NCBI RefSeq assembly: GCF_052425735.1
Contig: NC_135765.1
Coordinates: forward strand, 33,852,001 to 33,916,000
DNA from: Oculina patagonica
Taxonomy: Eukaryota
DNA length: 64,000 nt
Reading direction: 5' to 3'
This document shows, piece after piece, positions 37,060 through 51,235 of the stretch; the first letter of the stretch is position 1, and each line of letters begins with the position of its first letter. The position numbers and the translations under genes are program-made. The notes under the pieces were generated by a model. It saw only the letters and a program-made list of their open reading frames with translations, did not search any database and had not been told where the DNA came from.

Positions 37060-38417
37060 TAAATTTCAAAATAAAATAAAGAAACTACTGCTTGATGTTT
37101 TAAAATGTGAACATGACTAGTTGAAGTCTGCCAACTGATAGAACATTTTTCTATATGTATTAGTAATTGCCTTCTAGCTTTGCGTGTGTGTGTTGTGCAT
37201 TAATTATATTCTTAGTTTACGTTTTCACTAGTTAATTAATCATTTGCTTTTTGACATATATTTTTTCTCATTTTCTTTCGTTTTCCAGTATACTAATTTA
37301 TAAGTTGTAAACCTTTTTTTTTTAGTTTAAACCCTGCTCCTGCATCGAATAGTTGTTCCTTGTAGTGGGGGACAAGCAGCAAATCATATTTATAAAAAGC
37401 AAATAAAGTTCAGTTCAGTTGAGCTTCTTTTTATTTCTTTTAGGCATTTGATCATTTTAATTGTTAGACAGTAAATGTAGTTGGTATATAACCATGGATA
37501 ACTCCGTATTACGGACGGATACTTAAACTGGTAAAAACGCCAAGCATGATATGTTCGCTTAGCTATATGAGATGTATGGGACGGCTGCTTCTACCTTGTA
37601 AAATCATGAACCCAAAGGTGCTATTATACCTGGGATTTAGGCGCTAAGTAAATTGGCTGCTTGAATCCACCATTTTGCCTGGCCGCATTAAACATCTTGA
37701 GCACTTTAGCGCTTTTTTTAATTACTGAATGAAGAACGTAACTGTATCAAGTGTTACCAATTGCACTGGTGCACGAACCTTTTGCCGTCTTTCTTTAAAT
37801 TCTATTAAATAAAACCGCTTCTTTCCCTCATATTAATTTCTAAATGCCACTTACACCTTCCTTTCTCATCGGTTTCACAAAAATCTTTAAACATCATCAT
37901 AAACCCCCCTCCCCCCACCCCCCGGTCCGAAAATAAAATTTGACCTTACGCTTTTGACCTCTGATGGCATTTCTAGCCTGTATGTTGCTTCAAAGAGATA
38001 TGTATCAAGTATGCCAAAAGACATTACAGTCACGTCAGAATAATTCTGTATATGGTCAAAATAACGTCAGATACAAGAACGTGCAGAGTTTTTGTCAGGT
38101 ATTTCGTATTAATATGTCATTGTTCACTTACGGGACGTGACAATGCAAATTGTGTTTCGTTATTTCCTCTTTCATATCTATTTTTAACTTTGACGTACCT
38201 CTATAAAAGTAGTAAGATGTAAAGAAGAAACGTATTGTCGATTAACAAAATGCTCTTTTATGCACTACGCGTGTTAAAAAAGTTTCGTAAAGATTTTCAA
38301 GTGGAGAAATATTCCGAAAGGAAAGGAAATTGAAAGTGGACGAAAGTGGACTAGGTTCCACAACAACAAAACCTTCCCCACCCTTCCCCACAAAGACACC
38401 CAGTCTTGCAAAACAAT

Positions 38418-39402
38418 ATGGCGGAAAATAAAATTGTCGACGATTTTGAAGTTCTTCGCGTCACAGCGCTGGAAGACAACGATTATTCGCGATGGATGGA
38501 AAACCTACCGAATGAGAAACAACTGTGTCCTTTGAAAGATTTAGTGATTCCTGGATCGCATGATTCCGGAACATTTTTCCTCGATCAGAACATGGAGATC
38601 GGCCCAGATGAGTCAGCAACAATTCAAACTCTTGGAAGTATTTTTGGCAAAATAGCGAAGTCTGTCATCCACAGTTGGTCTGTGACACAGTCTATGACCA
38701 TTTATGAACAGCTTTTGTCTGGAATACGCTACCTAGATCTGCGAGTTGCATTCAGAGCTGAAGACAAAGAGTTGAGAATTTTGCACGGTCTGTACGGATG
38801 GACAATAGAGCAGGTTTTGGCAGAAGTGAACCGATTTGTGGCGAACTACCCGAAAGAAATTGTCATTCTGGACTTCAATCACTTTTACAACATGGATCCA
38901 GCTGCCCATGAAACACTCGCGGATACTTTGCTTGCTTCGTTTAGCGAGATTTTTCGCGCCCCAGGCGAGGACGGCCCGAATGTCACCCTTCCAAGAAATG
39001 TGGGGCAATGAAGAAAAGGTCATCATTATTTACCATGATTATGGCGTGGTTGATGCCTATCCTTGCTTCTGGCCGCCTCATTTAATCTGCTCGCCATGGC
39101 CGAACACAGCAGACAAGAAACTGTTGATGGAGTTTCTTAACAAACAAACTGCAGCGTCAAGTTTTTCAGATGATGCCTTTCAAGTGACACAAGCTGTTCT
39201 CACACCTCAAACATCAACTGTGGTACAAAACATGACCAGCACTCTAAAAGATGTGTGTGCGATGAAATGTAACTGCCATATTACCGGTTGGCTTAAAGCT
39301 CTCTGTGGAACCAAGTGTCACAAGTTTAATATAATCATAGCTGACTTTGTAGAGTTTGGAGATTTTATTCCTACTGTCATAAGCTTTAATTATTTTTTCT
39401 AA
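38418..39402 (+). CDS. PLCXD: PI-PLC X domain-containing protein (PLCXD2/3-like), intronless, with a +1 frameshift at 38991-38992
   Basis: IPGSHDSGT, WSVTQ, QLLSGIRYLDLRV, HGLYG, EIVILDFNHFY, then SPWPNT, VTQAVLTP and NIIIADFV in the next frame. Removing one C gives VTLQEMWG and a 327-aa ORF. Confidence 0.85.
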
Positions 39403-40736
39403 GGTAGTAAAATAACCATCAAAGATTACAGCCTTTAGAAGCTGAGATTAAACTGTAAGATGGCTCTTACAACTGGCAACAACAAAGAAATCATTAATGA
39501 GCAGGGATCAACCATTGTCACATTCAGAAAATTAGCCAATATTCAACCAAAAAATGTAAATACAGAAATAATTTGTGGCCAGTTAAATTTTCTAATGTCC
39601 ACTCAAAACATAAGATCATGTTACTTTGGTGTATTCAGTACTGGTGCTGTAAATGCACTGAAACATTTGTTGGGCTACACACCAATTGATTAGCACAGTA
39701 CATGTTGTTTTTGTTATTTTTCCCATAATTTTGTGAGTTATAACAATATATTAATTATTTTGATGTGTGATTTGCCGTCTAAATAATAAAGTATTGTTTG
39801 CCGACTTGTAGTCACTTGAGATGTAGATTGTGATATTTTGACTGCCTACTGGGCAGTGAGGTTGATCAATCACATGTTGCCACATGTAACCCAATGGTTA
39901 GCTGCGATTGGTGGATTTTAAACCAGTTTACTTTTTAGACTGTTGAGAAAGCGGGTGTTGAATGGTATTTGGGAGACTTTGCGAGACGGCGAGACTGATA
40001 TCTTTTCTGCGAGCCCGAGACCGTTTTTAGGCTTGCAAAAGAAATTGAGACTGCGAGAAGGCGTCAAAGAAAAATTTGAGACGATGAAACCCCTGAAATG
40101 TGGCTAAAATTTTGCGAGACACGCAGTTTTTGAAGGACCATTCACCACCCCTATAATCAGCTCTTCTCTCTGTGAATAAGGTATCTAACATTTTGTTGCT
40201 GGTTTTGTTGGTGGGGATATAAGCCAGGGTACCCACGAAACTACCGGTATGCAGCCTTTAGTTTATGCACCACCAGGAGGTGCAACAAGGATGATGATGA
40301 TGATGATGACCCTCAAAGCTATACACTGCACATACTGCATACATACACCTGGTGGGGGGGGGGGGGGGGGGGGGGAGAGAACTCCTAATTTTATAAAATT
40401 ACATAACCTGATCAAAGATTCTACAAGGCCTCATAAACAAGGCCCCCTGGTTTTGGCCCAGCACAATTTAAGGTGCAGATCTTCTTTGATTTGTTCCAAT
40501 ATTTCTGTTTTTAGTGAATCTATAGGCTTTAAAAAATGCCCCTGCAGATTTATATTAAACATGCCGGGAGCGATGAGAAGCTATGAGAGGCGGCTGTACG
40601 GCGCAGGCTAATTTATATACCTCCGGAAAAAAATAACAATGATGTCATCGTTGCAGCTCGTTCCCAGGCTTTTGAGATCACGTACTACGTGATAGAAATT
40701 TTGCTGAGTTGCAAGTTACCGACAGTACGCGAGAAA

Positions 40737-43700
40737 ATGGCCAAGGAGTCAAGTGCAGTGAAATCTATTAGTCTTAGTTTAACATCTCAATATGCACCCT
40801 CATGGAAAACGTGGGAAGGAATCCGAGAACTTGTTCAAAACTGGCATGATGGGGTGTTTTCTTCGCTGGAGAAATTGCAGGGTGGATCGAAAGTGAATTT
40901 CCTCTGCTGCAAAGAAAATGACTTGCTGTTGTACAAAGCAGTGATAAAAGCCGAGAATCACGTTTCTTTCGAGAGGAACACGAAAGAAAATAATGATTTT
41001 GATGTTTTGCCGAATCAAACACAAAAACGTGATGATCAAACGTTCGATGGTTCTCCTCAAGATGGTCACAGACTGGAACTCGGAAGAATAGTTTATTCCC
41101 CAGCCAAAGAAAAGCTTACCCTGATAAACCATGACACAGAGCTAATGAGGAAGGTGTTGCTTCTTGGTTTTTCAAAGAAAGCCTCCAGCAAGGAAGTGAT
41201 TGGACAGTTTGGCGAAGGACTTAAAGTTGGCGCCCTAGCTTTAGTCAGGGAAGGTAGAGTGGTTTCCATGGAAACGAGCAAAGATCGCTGGAGGTTTGGA
41301 TTGTCACATGATGAGGCATTTGATGAGGAGGTGTTGACTGTGTTTGTCGATGACAGGTGGAAGGAAAGTGATGATGATGATGATGTTGATGATGATGACG
41401 ACGATGTTGCCAACCTTGGACAGACAGACACACGTGTATCTGTCTTTCCACTTTGTCATAAAGATTGGGAAATGTACTTGAAGCGGTTTCTTTTTCTTTG
41501 TCCGCCTTCTGACTATGTCAAGTCACAGGTGGGCACGTTGCTGTTAGGTCAACGTTATAAAGGTCAACTTTTTGTCAAAGGTGTTTGGGTGTCAGACTTG
41601 ACCAAGGATGGTCTAGCCTCCGGGGTTGACTTTGTTCATCTCAAGATTGACAGGGATCGAAGAGCTGTCGTTCATCTTAGTGACGTTGACCATCAGATCA
41701 GTAGCATGTGGGTTCACGCTATAGAGGAGAGACCTGATCTCATTCCATACTATTACAGACTCTTAGAAGAAAACAGCACCTCAGATGTGCGACATGCAAA
41801 TTTTTACCTCAGTGATAACTCTGCACTGCTTAAGCTTGTTGCTCAACATTTCTTCGCTATTCATGGATCGATGACATACCCAATACCAAACTGCATTTCA
41901 GCAGAGAAGCTAAGTAAAATCAAACAGGAAATTGATCAGAAGTTAGTTTTGTGTAATCAATCTTTAATCGACGTGTTGTACAGGTCTGGATTGGTTGCTC
42001 CTTTGGATACAATTCTCTCCAAAGCAACAACAAAACAATCAGTTATAGTTCCATATGCAGACTTGACTCAAGAAGAAATTGATATTCTTCAGCATGTTGA
42101 AAAGCTTGTCCAGTTGTGCTATCCAGAGTTTAGTATGGTATCCATGGATATTTCTGAATCTGCAGGACAGGTTGTTCTTCGAAAAGAGTTTGATCATTAC
42201 GAGATTCCACGAGCTTTGTTGAGTGGAAAGGCAGATCACTGTTGTGGACAAAATAACGGTACCAAGTGTTTCTGTAGAGAGGCTTTGATTGTGTCAATGA
42301 TACTATCCCTTCAATCTGAGCAGTTAGTACAAGGTTAGTTGATGCACTTCTTTCATTTTGCTTATAATCAAATCATGTACATTTCCTGCATTCTGAGAAT
42401 CATTTTAACCCTCACTGCATGATAAGGCAGACCTTTGTGGCCCGTGGGGGTGCAGACGCACCCATGATGCCCCCCATGTCTACGGCCCAGCTTGACAAAT
42501 AGACATGTGCGTGCAAAACCAATTAAAATTAAGACATTTGTTATATAATTGATGGTGGTTATGGACTCATTTTTTACAATAATCATCCCAACCCCACCAT
42601 TTCCAGGTAAATGTAGACATAACTTTTACCACAAGTTCAAAACTTTTTTTCAGCTTTTCATTATTTGAGGCCCTGCCAGGGGGGTTCCCGTGTCGCTTGT
42701 CTAAATTTAAATATGTGCTATGTCGCTGTTTTTTCGCTCTTCATGTCGCTGTCGGTAATTAAATTGAAGGAAAATTGCCTGTCCGTTTGTCGCAATTTTA
42801 TTAGTATGCTGTCGCTACTTTTTACCGAATGGTAATGAGGTTATGTTATTGGCCTCATTTTCTCACTCGAACACTCACTCACTCACTGGATTCTGATATC
42901 AAACCGCAATTAATTCATCATTAAACGAGAAACGTGCTGACAGAAAGGTCCTTTAAACGCATTCAGCACATGTCAATCAGAAACAAATTATTCTGACTTC
43001 AACCCCGTTCCAGGGTCTCTCTCTTTCAGGGAACTAAATTGAATTTCACAAAACAAATCGAAAGAGGATCACTTACACTTATCCTCTGGTGATAAAATAG
43101 AATAGAATTTGTTCAACGAAGCCTCAGAGCATAGGCTATCAATGACCCATTCACGTAAGAAAATATTCAAAGACGCGTTTTAGTGAACACAACATTCATG
43201 CACGTTTTTGTTTCGCGTCACATCATCTTCGTGTCACGTCATCCGTTCTTGATCTTTTTGAGTCGTGCAGAAACACGCATCTTTCTCTCAAATTTTATTC
43301 GCTGCTAAAAATAACGCTATACGTGCTGGCAGAAAAGTAAACATATTCACAAAACAAATTTACTTAATGCTAAAAAGGATCAAAGGTTACACTTAAATAT
43401 TTTTGTGATAAAATACGGAATTCGCGCTACGAAGCCTGAGAGCACGAACCATCAATGATGCAATTCCCATGGAAAAATAAAACATTCACAGAGAAATAAA
43501 GTGAGATTGTGTTACATTATTGAACGCTTATTTGAAGAAAAAAACTATCAATGACCCATCCACGCAAGAAAACATTCGAAGGCAAATTAAGTGAGATTGT
43601 GACATTACTGATAGCACCTATGAACTACATATAGTTACGCTTAAACTGTTATAAAAAATTATTACGCTCGCCTTGTGACGTGTTTTAGTCAACACAACAT

Positions 43701-45698
43701 CCACGGCACGTTCTTGTTTCACGTCACGTCACCTTGTGTCACGTCATCCGTTTTTCATCTTTTTGAGTCTAGCAGATACACGAAGTGCTCGGGCGTATCT
43801 TTTCTCTCAAATTTTTTCTGCTGCTCAAAAATAACGCTATACGTGCTGACAGAAAAGTAAACATATTCACGAAACAAATTTACTTAATGCTTCAAAGGAT
43901 TAAAGGTAATACACTAACCGGTAAATATTTTGGTTGTGAAAACTGAATAGCGCTACGATCCCTGCGAGCACGAGCCATCAATGACGCAACTCACGTGGAA
44001 AAATAAAGCAAAGTGAGATTGCTTTACTTTATTGGACACTTATTTAGAAAAAATGCGGAGGTCAGCACTTCATTCATCGAATTACCATGAGGTTGCTCAA
44101 AGAGCCTTTGATTGCGCCATGTGGCTTGTCGGAATTTACCCTCACGGCTGGCAGGGCCTCTTATTTTGTAATTCCTTTTTTTTTTGTTTTTTCCACAGTT
44201 GGTACAAGCTCACTTAGTGGCCACAGTGACAGCATAGTCAAGATAGTGGCATCATTATCAATGCAGGTTTGCCGAATGAACAAGCCATTTTGCAAAGACT
44301 TGCATGGGGAACTGCAATCATCGCAAAAACTCCCGAATCCATCAGTGCTCAAGCAGAGAGAGGAGATGTTACAAGTAAGTATCATGAAAAGCAATAAAAA
44401 AAAAATGAAATGTCACATCCGGTGAAACTTGTAAAGCAACAGTAATATTTTAGGTCTCCCATCCATTAAAGTGCCCCCCTCCCCCTCTGGGTGCCAGATC
44501 ATGACAATTAAGAACAAGAAAACATGGTATTTTTAATGCCTTTTAAGTTTCACATTTGCCAATTCACTTTTTATTGTTACCATCTTGAGTAACTGTAAAA
44601 CAGCAAATCCCACTTTATTTCTTTTATGTATCCTTACTGACACTTTTTTTTTTGTTGTTTCACTTTGATAAGTGACTGGTAATTAAAGCTCTCAATTCAA
44701 AAACAAATAAATAAATAAAAAAATATGTGTTTATAGTGGTCATGCACTTAGCTTCATATCTCAACGAGATAGCTAGTTTACAGGCATGCCACTGAAACAG
44801 AGGAAACAAATAATTTATAAATGAACATAACAAGGTTAAAAATCCCAACTGGCAGAAGGCAGACCAGTTGGTTATATACAAAGCGTGGTTGAGGATTTGA
44901 ACTCGGGACAACCGAGAAACAAATCCAGCTAGTGGCAAGGGCAGTTTAAACCACTCAGCCACGCTTGCCTCCCTAAAAGTATACAATGTAAACATTTGCA
45001 AAGTATTAAAGCCTATAAACAGTTTTCTGCGTAAACTGAAATCCACTACATGTACTACTTTAAATTTCTTTCAGAGAGAAAAAGATCTTCTGAGTGAAAA
45101 GCTCCTTGAAAAAGACAGGAGCCATGCACAAGAGCTCTTGAAACTTCAGTCCAAGATTTCTTCACTGGAAAAGGACTTGGCTAGTCAAGAAGTCAAGATT
45201 GTTAACATTGAGCAAGAAGTTGGCACAGCATGGAAGAAAAGGTTTGAAAGTGAAATGGCTAACCTTTCAAGCACAATCACTGATCTCAAAAGAGACAAGA
45301 TCTTCTACCAGGAAAGGCTAGCTGCAGTAGTAGAGGACCATAAGAACAAACAAAAAGCTCATTCTCGTCAAGTTGGCCTTTTAAACGACAGAAGTGAAAT
45401 TCTTCGGAAGCGGCTTGCTGGCAAGTTTGAGAAGCTGACTCAGATTGTTTTGGCATCAAATGAGAGAGAGGACTCTGCAGAGAACTCTGTTGCTGATGTT
45501 CTAAAATCAGCCACTAAAGAGATTGAAGAAATGTGGTTTCGAAAGGATAATTGCATAATTTGTACTATTGAAAAACCAAATTGTGTTGTAATTCCTTGTC
45601 GCCATCAAATAACTTGTTATCAGTGTACTTCCTTCTTGGTGAAGTGTTCCTACTGCAGAGGGCCTATAAAGGATATGATCGTCACCTATGGTTTATAA
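40737..45698 (+). CDS. GHKL ATPase - coiled coil - C3HC4 RING fusion, copy B (3 exons, 798 aa)
   Basis: Exons 40737-42333, 44199-44374, 45075-45698. Same motifs as copy A, with a poly-Asp loop 4 residues longer. Confidence 0.85.
42667..44160. mobile_element. MITE (GAGGCCCTGCCAG TIR) carrying a nested ~1.3-kb element, in intron 1 of ATPase-RING copy B
   Basis: gaggccctgccag ... ctggcagggcctc flanked by ttattt on both sides. Empty site in copy A at ~17265-17285. The nested part matches 20017-21341. Confidence 0.8.
44700..44972 (-). mobile_element. SINE-like element in intron 2 of ATPase-RING copy B
   Basis: tRNA-like head (gaggcaagcgtggctgagtggtt on the minus strand), B-box-like gagttcaaatcc and a (TTTA)n tail. 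Not present in copy A. Confidence 0.55.
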
Positions 45699-47315
45699 CA
45701 AGGTTATAAGAATAAACATATTAGGTCAAATAGTCAAGTCATGTATTCCTGAATACTTCAGAAGTTTCAGTCCAATATTCTTTGTTAAATATTGTAAATT
45801 GAATTAAGCAATTAGCTGACGGTAAAATTAAAGTAGAAACCACTCTGAGGGTAATTTATAATTATTCAACTCTCAAAAGAGCTATTTAGTCATTGTTGGA
45901 GGATAAATTACGTTTATTGTAATAATTTTCGAAATTATGAGAATTTTAATAAATTAATTAAAAATGTACTGACTTTGACTTTTCACTGAATTGTTCATGA
46001 GACATACTCCAGCTTATTACTAGCCTCCTCCAGGCATTTGGTTAGCTAGAGAGCAGTGCAAAGAATGGTGAGTGAAAAAATGCTGTTCTTCCCACTAATC
46101 ATGTTTTATGCACTACTCTCCAATAATTAACAGAACATCTAGAGCAGGCGCTTAAAATGGAAAATTCTGCATACTGCGTTCTCTAAAAGCAATCAACCAG
46201 AGCACAAGTGGGGAACACTAATGAAAAAAGGCCAGTGACTAAAGAAAGGTTGAAAATGTACCCCATACGCTGCACATACTGGTAGCTTGTCTGAGCAAAG
46301 AGAAGTGTCAAATGTGTTGTTTCACAAAATATCCATATCTTCCCCCATGTAAGGTTTTTGGGTTTGAACTCCAGTACTCATACCCCTCCACAAATTTCAG
46401 TTTAACTTCACACTTTGCCACACCACACCACCTTGAAATTTCCTTCTGAGAAGTAAATATCAATGTTTTTTGGAACCACACAAAAGATATCTGAGATTTG
46501 ACCCAAAACTTTTGATATAGCCCCACAGAGATAATCTGCTGTCTCTGAGTCGCTGTTACTTGTGCGTGAAACTTTAAAACTGTGCAATAACACATCAGAG
46601 ACACTTCTCTGGTGTCTGTATAGCTCAACCTTGTTCCGAGGGTCTCAAGGTTGTGTATAGCTATGGAATTTTCTGGATCCAATCTCAAGAAAATGGGGAT
46701 GGGAGGGCAGGGGAAAATCAGCCTGCAAAGTGGAGGCATCTTTGTAGTACTATAAAATGCCATTCAGTACCCCCTCAGTTCTGTGGGCTTTCTGTAGGCC
46801 TCTGCCCTGCCACATGACCAAAGCTGTTTCAATCATTTAAAAGTTATCATGGTGCTTTTTAAAAATGGACAAGAAAAAAATAACAAAGAATTAGGTCAAA
46901 ATAAGTACCATTGCCCATGCTGCCACCAATGGCGTCAGCACGTATTACTAGCAGGAAGATCTTGCATCAATCAGCTCACCTCTAATTTCAGCTTTATGTG
47001 GGTGTTAAACTAATTTGCATAACATTTAACTTGGGGGTGGGTATAATAATACATTTCTAGATCCTTCAGTGAGAACAAAAAGAAACAAACTCGACTATTA
47101 AACAGTTTTAATTTCCCTCACAATATCTGGACATAATATTTTCTAAAACAGAATAGGAAAAATTAAAACTCGCCGTAATTGCAGCAATAAGATATGTGAA
47201 ACATTATAACCACCTCCCTAGCTACTACACAATACTTAATTGAGATCAGTTTCTTGGGAATTTGAAATTACTAAAACTGAGTTGCATAACTTAAAATTTG
47301 TGAAATAATTCATTG

Positions 47316-47777
47316 TTAAATCTTGATGCTTCGAGCAATCTTAGCAGCCTGTTGCGCTTTCATAACTGTGTCGTTTGCTCGGAATCTCTCGACAAGTTCT
47401 GTCCCCATAAAATAGCCCTCTTGCCTTGGCCGACCATGAGTTCCATCAGGGAAGGTAATCATGCCTTCGCCATCAACTCTTCCGTTTTGAAACCTTCCTT
47501 CAAAGCGCATTCCATCGCTCCGTGTAAAAGCCCCGAAGCCACTGTATTTTCCGTTTTCAAATTCACCCTCATACATAGAGCCGTCCGGAAATCTTGCAAC
47601 ACCATGGCCGTGGCAAAATCCGTTCTGAAATTGTCCAACATACTTCGTTCCATCGACAAGCGATAGATGTCCGATCCCTTGCTTCCTTCCATCATTATTC
47701 CATTCTCCATCGTACACGTCGCCGATGGGGTAAGTGAATTTGTGTCTTGCAACAGCTTGAGAGCTCGGGGAAGACAT
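47316..47777 (-). CDS. MORN4: MORN repeat-containing protein 4, copy B
   Basis: Protein identical to copy A; about 6 synonymous differences by hand count. ATG at 47777-47775. Confidence 0.92.
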   Translation of the reverse strand: MSSPSSQAVARHKFTYPIGDVYDGEWNNDGRKQGIGHLSLVDGTKYVGQFQNGFCHGHGVARFPDGSMYEGEFENGKYSGFGAFTRSDGMRFEGRFQNGRVDGEGMITFPDGTHGRPRQEGYFMGTELVERFRANDTVMKAQQAAKIARSIKI

Positions 47778-48362
47778 TTTCAGCGGGTTTTCAAAGAGTT
47801 TTCTCGGTTTTCGAAGAGTTGTTTCCACAGAGAGTGAAACAAGTTATGCAAACGCAGATGTTTTTCTCAAAAGGTTTCCTTTGGCGCCCTGGAGATCGAT
47901 CACAGCGGAAGCTTTGACAGTGAACTAGCTGCGAATAATCGCTCCCAAGGAAGTTGTACGTAAATCTAATCAAAACTCAAAACAATACAACGAATTTGCA
48001 TCTTCGCATCTCATAAAACAGAACAGTTATGTTCCAGGCGTTCCTGTAATTTCCCATAACTCTCAGCAAGAGCTCTTGAATCGGTCAGCGGTAACACGTT
48101 TTAGCGCTACTTTCCAAACGAAAAACCAAAGAAATTTCAAGATCTTTCAAAACAACAAAAAAAGTTGGCAACGACTTCCAAAATTTATACTTGTCATGCC
48201 TCCTGCTGGTTTTAGCAGGTTAGTTCTAGCTGAGTTGACAGGAGTTTTATTCAGTTGCAAAATAATAATAGTATTTCCCATCTCATCTAGTACATGGAAA
48301 TGTAGAGCTGTGGAAATCGAAAGGTCCGAAAGTTGAACGACGTTCGAGGAAGATCTCAAAAA

Positions 48363-51201
48363 ATGGGGTTGATTTGGAGCACCGAGCGAGGAAATATTCA
48401 CAACAGCTCACAGTTGAATGAAGAAAGAGGGGAGCTAACTCAAGACGATAGCGACTCTGACTGTGAGGAGATTTTCTTTGAAACTGTGGACAACGTGTCA
48501 TCAAATGGTGATTTGGTTCTTCAAGATTTTGACACTAAAAACAGCTGTGTAAAAGAGTCGTACGAAATTACATGTAATGCTACTTATGAAGAAAGCTCAA
48601 CAGTCTGTGAACCGGAGCAGAAAATTCCAGAGTCTGCTGTCCATGAAATAACCAGCAATATAAACAATTTTAATGCCGGGACATCAAGGGTATCTTTCAT
48701 AGCAACCGAAGAATGTAAAGAGAAAGATTTTAAAAGTGAAAAGTGGCTGACAAATTCCTCATGGAAAGTTCCCCCATTACTTAGAGAAGAAGATAAAGTT
48801 ATGGAATGCAGCACTTTTTCGCTGCCGCTGATCTCAGAGGAAAAAGTGTTTCGGGGAAAGCATGTTAAAAGTATCTCTGATCCACAAATGTTTGAATCAG
48901 TAAATTTCTCACGTCAGGCAAAACCTGAAATTCCTCGTTCATGTTCATGGCAAGTTGATGTAGACTGTTTTAAACCTAAAAAGAGGAAGAAACCACCAAA
49001 AAAGTATCTTAAAGACAAAGAGCATGACTTTCAGGATGATAACGATGACACTAAACATCGAACTGCAGCCTCAAATAAGCGAGATCTGCACATGGGAAGT
49101 TCTTTGGCTTCCATGGAAACTGTCACTCAGGAAATGATGGCCGGAAGGAAAGTCCTAGACCTCAGAAGATGGTAAATTAAGTACTTTGTAAACATCAGAT
49201 AGATCTGCTACTAATTTAAAATAGTGGCTTATTGCAGTTTTCAGTGATATGCAAACTCTGAAATTCAATCCTCAATAACGGTTTACGCTTTTTGCTGCCG
49301 TCAATCATCTTAGCTGACCTCTCAGGAAACAGAAGTTCACCTCAACTGGGTCAAAAGGTCACGTCTGTCAGTTGTGATTGGTAGATTCCTTTCTTTTTTG
49401 TTTTTTCCTGTTTTTCATGGTTCGTTGGCTGTCGCCATAATTATGATTGCGGGCAGTGAAAAATGCAATCATCAGTTGGATTTTGAATTTCAGAGTTCGC
49501 ATTTCACTGAAAACCGCAATAATGGGATGCATGGTGGCGTTATGGTTAGTGTGCTCTGTGTGTCTGGCCAGGATTTGAACCCAGACTGCTTGCTTGATCC
49601 AGAACCCAGGATTCTGGATCAAGCAGTCTGGATTCAAATCCTGACCAGGCACACTGTTTTGTGTATTTGGACAGGGTACTTTATTCTCACAGAGACTCTC
49701 TCCATCCAGAATAATTGCTGGTCAGCATAGTGATCAGGATACTAGCCTGACAAAATGTTGCCAGAGGCGACCTGTCATGGACTGGCATCCCATCCAGGGG
49801 AGGCTGGGGGAGAGGTAGAATAGAGACAAGTGGACAAATTGGATTAATGCTCATGTTCAAATCCACAACTAGGCAAAAACTGTGGGGTAAGGACAGGAAG
49901 GCAGGAACCTGGGAGTAAAGGAGGTGGGAAATCTTTAGGAGGGGAAGTGGGATTCCCAAGGCGGTGGGAACTGGGACAAGTTGGGAAGAATTTTGCAAAA
50001 GAAATAACACAAAGAGGCAGGAGCCACTAAGAAAAGGGGCGGGAACCAGGAGTAAAAGGCATGGGAGTGGGAAGTTCAGAACCTCCTGTCCTCCCTCCCC
50101 CCGCCCCTTCCCATAGAATGCTTGGCAAAGTCATTTCTATTCTTAAGCTTTTTTTTAACAGCCTATAATAAAGTGGCTTGATCAAGAGGCCAATGTGTAG
50201 ATGTTAGTACTTCTGCATCAGTTTGTTAATTGCTTTTGATAAATATTAAATTCTAGTAAACCAAGCTTATAACTACTTGAAAATACTTTGTCAGGTACTG
50301 TATGAGCCGACCTCAATACAAGCGTTCTTGTGGTATTTCCTCTCTGGTATCCTGTTGGAATTTCCTGTTTAGCTCACTTGGTGCAGGCAGGTACAGTGTA
50401 GTACAACACAGAAAAACACTTCCTCAAGTGTTGGATATATCTTTTCAATAGAAACTAACTCTTCAGAGATCAGATTTCCAAACCTCCATCACGGTTCTGA
50501 TTTTCTTTGTTTTAACTGGATGAATTTTTAATGAGTTTGAGATTCAACTTGCGTTCCAAGTTAGTTTCTTGATCAATAAATATTGTGGTACCTTATATTA
50601 CTGTTGATCAGACATGTAACATTAGTCATCATGTCATTCTCCACCCTTAAACCCCCCCCCCCCCAAAAAAAAAAAAAAAAAAAGAAGTCAGTTACTGAAC
50701 GAAGACTTTGTCTACTACGTCATGGTTTTCTGTCGTACATTACTGTGTTATTATAGTTTTAATGTTGCCATAGTTTTATACAAAAGAACGTAATAAAATA
50801 AATTATTGGTAGAATAAATTTAAATTATTATTAATGATTCCCCACAGTATCACACAAAATACCTGTACAATTTTTTCAATCATAAAAACTAAATTTGTAC
50901 CTAAAAATAAGTCAGTCCTTTTGTTTTATAGTAGGCAACCCCTGACTCAAGAGGAAGCATTAAGCATACTGGGTTTTAAACCGCCATTTGCAGAAATAAG
51001 GTTTGGACCATTCACTGGAAATGCCACTTTAATGAGGTAAGACAAAATCATTTTTATTTCCACAGGCATGCAATGCATGCAAAATGCTTTGTTGCTATTA
51101 ATACCAAATCTGATGTAATGTATATGAAATGATTCATATATGAACTGCGGATGTATATGAAAGTGATAAATGATCATCGCAGTGAAGCCTGAAAAAATTC
51201 A

Positions 51202-51235
<34 letters not shown>

